Shown here in pieces: positions 38,196-41,207 of a stretch of DNA of 41,207 nt. Location of the stretch: the sequence record DRR378314_814; one strand, written 5' to 3'. Both the position numbers and the translations under genes were made by a program. A model generated the notes under the pieces. It had not been told where the DNA came from. It made no database searches and was given only the letters and a program-made list of their open reading frames with translations. Each line of letters opens with the position of its first letter. Position 1 is the first letter of the stretch.

Positions 38196-38858
38196 TTAAG
38201 CCGCGTTTTTACGCCGGCTGAACCAACCCAGACCCAGCATCGCACCACCGAACAGCAGCATCGCAGGTGGCAGCGGAACAGCAGAGATCTGAACATTGTC
38301 AATGTAACCACCAAGAGTGTCATCTGCACCTGATGCCCAGAATTCCAGTGTGTAGTCACCTGCAGTCAAAACGTTGAACAGAACTGTTACTGTGGTCCAA
38401 CCATCAGATTTCTCACCAGTCACAGATTCGTTGAACAAACCTGTTGTATAGGTTACGCCGTTGGTTACTGCACCATCTTCCAAAGCGTAGTTAATACCGT
38501 TTGTATTCTCATCGTTTGTGCGGCCAATATATTCAAATGAGAACTCGTGCGCACCAGCATTCAGGCTTACAGTCTGGTACATGCCTGAATTGGTGTTCTG
38601 CCCACCATGACTGTCCAGTTCAACCTTGTTGTTACCCCAGTTTGTTGAAACACCGCCAACTGGATTTGTCTGAACTTCAATTCCGGATGTGTTCCCGAAT
38701 TTTGTCCAGCCATCAATGTTAGCATAAACGTTCCACTCACCTGCATTTTGAACAGGATCTTCAAAACTTCCGTTTGTGACGATCGCGGCAGACGCTGTCG
38801 ATACACCAAATACACACGCTGACAAAGCAGCAGCAGCAACCCAATTCTTAATAGCCAT
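38196..38858 (-). CDS. VPLPA-CTERM (PEP-CTERM-like) exosortase-sorted surface protein with a DUF642/CBM-like beta-sandwich domain
   Basis: Signal peptide, IVTNGSFE, YIDNVQIS, C-terminal VPLPPAMLLFGGAMLGLGWFSRRK (motif, TM helix, basic tail). Confidence 0.88.
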   Translation of the reverse strand: MAIKNWVAAAALSACVFGVSTASAAIVTNGSFEDPVQNAGEWNVYANIDGWTKFGNTSGIEVQTNPVGGVSTNWGNNKVELDSHGGQNTNSGMYQTVSLNAGAHEFSFEYIGRTNDENTNGINYALEDGAVTNGVTYTTGLFNESVTGEKSDGWTTVTVLFNVLTAGDYTLEFWASGADDTLGGYIDNVQISAVPLPPAMLLFGGAMLGLGWFSRRKNAA

Positions 38859-39151
38859 TACTAAATTCCTTTTTAGCGTCTCCCATGCTTTTTATGGAAC
38901 CCCAATGTCCATGAGCAGGTTGAGACTTGATAAGTACGCTACTTCAATACATGCGAATTAACTAAATTTTTGCGCATATTTTGTCAATGCGTTCTTTTCA
39001 AAATCGCAGTTTTCAGGGAAAAATCGGCAAATATTTCCCAATTTGAGCTCCGAAAATGGTTAATTTATTCTCTGTTATGGTTAACGGCAGCCCAACACAT
39101 GAGAATCTTCTTATTTTAATTGAGAATCACTCTTTTTACCTTCTATAACCG

Positions 39152-39178
39152 AAAACAGGCCGGGAATACCCGGCCTGT
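39152..39178 (-). terminator. Intrinsic terminator of ahpCF
   Basis: CAGGCCGGG-AATA-CCCGGCCTG with a T-run on the minus strand. Confidence 0.8.
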
Positions 39179-39208
39179 CTATCGCGTCCTCTTCAGCTCA
39201 GAGGGAGG

Positions 39209-40768
39209 TTATTTCTTCAACAGATAGTCAAAAGCGGAAAGGGCAGCTTTGGAGCCTTCTCCCATAGAGATGACAATCTGTTTATAGGGAACGGTTGTCA
39301 CATCACCGCAGGCATAGATCCCTTCCACATTGGTTTCACATTTCTCGTTAATCAGGACTTCCCCATATTTGGAAAGATTAACAACGCCTTTGAGAAACTC
39401 ACTATTGGGCAGCAGACCGATCTGCACAAAGATCCCGTCCACTTCGGCAACCTTCACATCTTCACTTTGCCGGTCCTGATATTGCAGACCCTTTACTTTA
39501 CCGGCATCGGCAAGCACCTGCTGACTGGCAACATTCTTGAGAATATTGATATTCTCGGTTTTCAGGGCTTGATTGACCAATACCTGATCGGCTTTCAGTT
39601 CGGGAAGGAATTCCAGAACGGTGACGGATTTCACAATCCCGGCCAGATCCAGCGCCGCTTCAATCCCGGAGTTACCGCCGCCAACAACCGCAACATCCTT
39701 ACCTTTAAAGAAGGGGCCATCACAGTGCGGGCAATAGGCAACACCGTTCCCAACATTTTCTTTCTCACCAGGGATACCTAATTCGCGCCATTTGGCGCCT
39801 GTTGCAATGATCAGGGTCTTGGAGGTGATCTTCTCCCCTGAAGAGAGATAAATGGTTTTGGGATCCCCATCCTCGATACGCTCGACCTTTAAATGCTCTT
39901 TCAAGGTTACATCATGCTGCATCAGGTGATCCATCAGCTTGGCTGAAAGTTCCGGCCCTGTTGTATAGGGAACCGAAATCAGGTTCTCAATGCCCATGGT
40001 ATCCTTAACCTGGCCACCAATCCGATCGGCAATCACAGTGACTGCCAATCCTTTCCGGGCAGCATAGATCGCCGCAGACACACCGGCCGGTCCGCCGCCA
40101 ATCACGGTCACATCCTGCAGGGGCAATTCCTCTGCAGACGCGGCCAGCGCCTCGGTAATATTCGGGTATTTCTCCATCAATTTTTCCAGAAGCTGGCCGG
40201 TGTCAATCTTACCATTGGCAAACACCTCGCCGTTCAGGAAAACTGTGGGCACGCCCTGGATGTTCCGTTCCTCGATCAGATCCTGATACAATCCGCCGTC
40301 AATAGTCTCCGTGGAGATCTTCGGATTGAGCACGGCAAACTGGTTCAGCGCCTGCACCACATCCGGGCAGTTGTGACAGCTTAAGGAAACGAAAACCTCG
40401 AATTTCAGTTCTTCCTGTACATTTTTAATGATGCTCTGGATACTATCGTCCAGTTTGAGGGCAGTTCCGGAAGAATGCAGCACAGCCAGCACCAATGAAT
40501 TAAACTCGTGCCCCCCGGGGATTCCTGAAAACACGATGCCGTTGGGGGTGCCATCGACTTCCAGTATAAAACTGATCGGGCTGCGCAACAGGCCGTTGGT
40601 ATCGCGCTCTTCAAAGCGCAGCTTGTCCGAGACGGAGGCGAAATCCTCCAGAAACTTGGCAAGTTCAGCCCGTTTTTCGTGTTCACCGGTTTGCAGAACC
40701 AATGCCACTTCATTTGACATATTTGCCGTATAGCCTTTAAGGGCCTGTAAAATATCACTCGTTAACAT
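39209..40768 (-). CDS. ahpF: Alkyl hydroperoxide reductase subunit F
   Basis: [42 protein letters not shown]; start at MLTSD after GAGG. Confidence 0.96.
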   Translation of the reverse strand: MLTSDILQALKGYTANMSNEVALVLQTGEHEKRAELAKFLEDFASVSDKLRFEERDTNGLLRSPISFILEVDGTPNGIVFSGIPGGHEFNSLVLAVLHSSGTALKLDDSIQSIIKNVQEELKFEVFVSLSCHNCPDVVQALNQFAVLNPKISTETIDGGLYQDLIEERNIQGVPTVFLNGEVFANGKIDTGQLLEKLMEKYPNITEALAASAEELPLQDVTVIGGGPAGVSAAIYAARKGLAVTVIADRIGGQVKDTMGIENLISVPYTTGPELSAKLMDHLMQHDVTLKEHLKVERIEDGDPKTIYLSSGEKITSKTLIIATGAKWRELGIPGEKENVGNGVAYCPHCDGPFFKGKDVAVVGGGNSGIEAALDLAGIVKSVTVLEFLPELKADQVLVNQALKTENINILKNVASQQVLADAGKVKGLQYQDRQSEDVKVAEVDGIFVQIGLLPNSEFLKGVVNLSKYGEVLINEKCETNVEGIYACGDVTTVPYKQIVISMGEGSKAALSAFDYLLKK

Positions 40769-40800
40769 AAACTCTGCCTCTAATACTCGGTGGGGGTACA

Positions 40801-40828
40801 ATGGGGTAGCGACCGATCGCTACCCCGT
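40801..40828. promoter_or_regulatory. Intercistronic hairpin between ahpC and ahpF
   Basis: GGGGTAGCGA-CCGA-TCGCTACCCC perfect stem with no U-tract. Confidence 0.65.
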
Positions 40829-40843
40829 GCCGTCAAACGGTCT

Positions 40844-41207
40844 TTAGATTTTGCCGACGAGGTCCAGGCTTGGTGTCAGTGTTTCCTGACCTTCTTCCCA
40901 AGCAGCTGGGCAAACTTCGCCGTCATGCTCAGCAACATATTGAGCGGCTTTCACTTTACGCACCATGTCTTTTGCAGACCGGCCGATGCCCAGGTCATGG
41001 ATCTCAGCAACTTTAATGATGCCATCTGGATCCGCAAGGAATGTACCGCGCAGTGCCAGGCCATCTTCTTCGATCATCACATCAAAACCGCGAGAGATCT
41101 TGCCTGTTGGATCGCCGAGCATTGGGAATTTGATCTGCCCAATTGCATCAGAAGACGCATGCCATGCCGCGTGAGCGAAATGTGTATCAGTTGATACTGA
41201 GTAAACT
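40844..41207 (-). CDS. ahpC: Alkyl hydroperoxide reductase subunit C (peroxiredoxin), 5' end outside the window
   Basis: Frame open to the window edge: [16 protein letters not shown]...MLGDPTG...ALRGTF...GEVCPAAW...SLDLVGKI. Confidence 0.96.
   Translation of the reverse strand, partial: VYSVSTDTHFAHAAWHASSDAIGQIKFPMLGDPTGKISRGFDVMIEEDGLALRGTFLADPDGIIKVAEIHDLGIGRSAKDMVRKVKAAQYVAEHDGEVCPAAWEEGQETLTPSLDLVGKI

Overview
Chromosomal window from an alphaproteobacterium. Evidence is cpdR next to tRNA-Val and N-formylglutamate amidohydrolase, a TipN/GPR-like polar protein, and the DUF1285-nudL-cca / moxR-DUF58-BatA block; a marine Sneathiella-like organism is only a guess. Most of it is ordinary housekeeping: typA, CoA transferase, MscS, Ada, CCA enzyme, MoxR operon, C4-dicarboxylate TRAP transporter, AsmA, acyl-CoA dehydrogenase, ChaC and ahpCF. 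Two AT-richer accessory segments stand out: a KpsM/KpsT-like export pair at the left edge, and 37.7-39.2 kb, which carries a VPLPA/PEP-CTERM protein. The best candidates for undescribed biology are non-coding. (1) A standalone ~250-nt minus-strand RNA gene (about 37658-37909) has its own promoter and terminator, repeated GUACCAAGUACCC motifs, a C(UUCG)G hairpin and two CCCCUC loops. (2) A probably leaderless Arg-codon leader peptide, MNTVMTLIRRRR, with an attenuator precedes a GNAT gene. (3) A second probably leaderless uORF with an RBS-sequestering switch precedes a P-loop kinase-like gene. (4) The kpsM-like gene has a frameshift in a T7 tract and is coupled to a KpsT-like protein with a degenerate Walker A. 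All calls were made by eye; no searches or folding programs were run.
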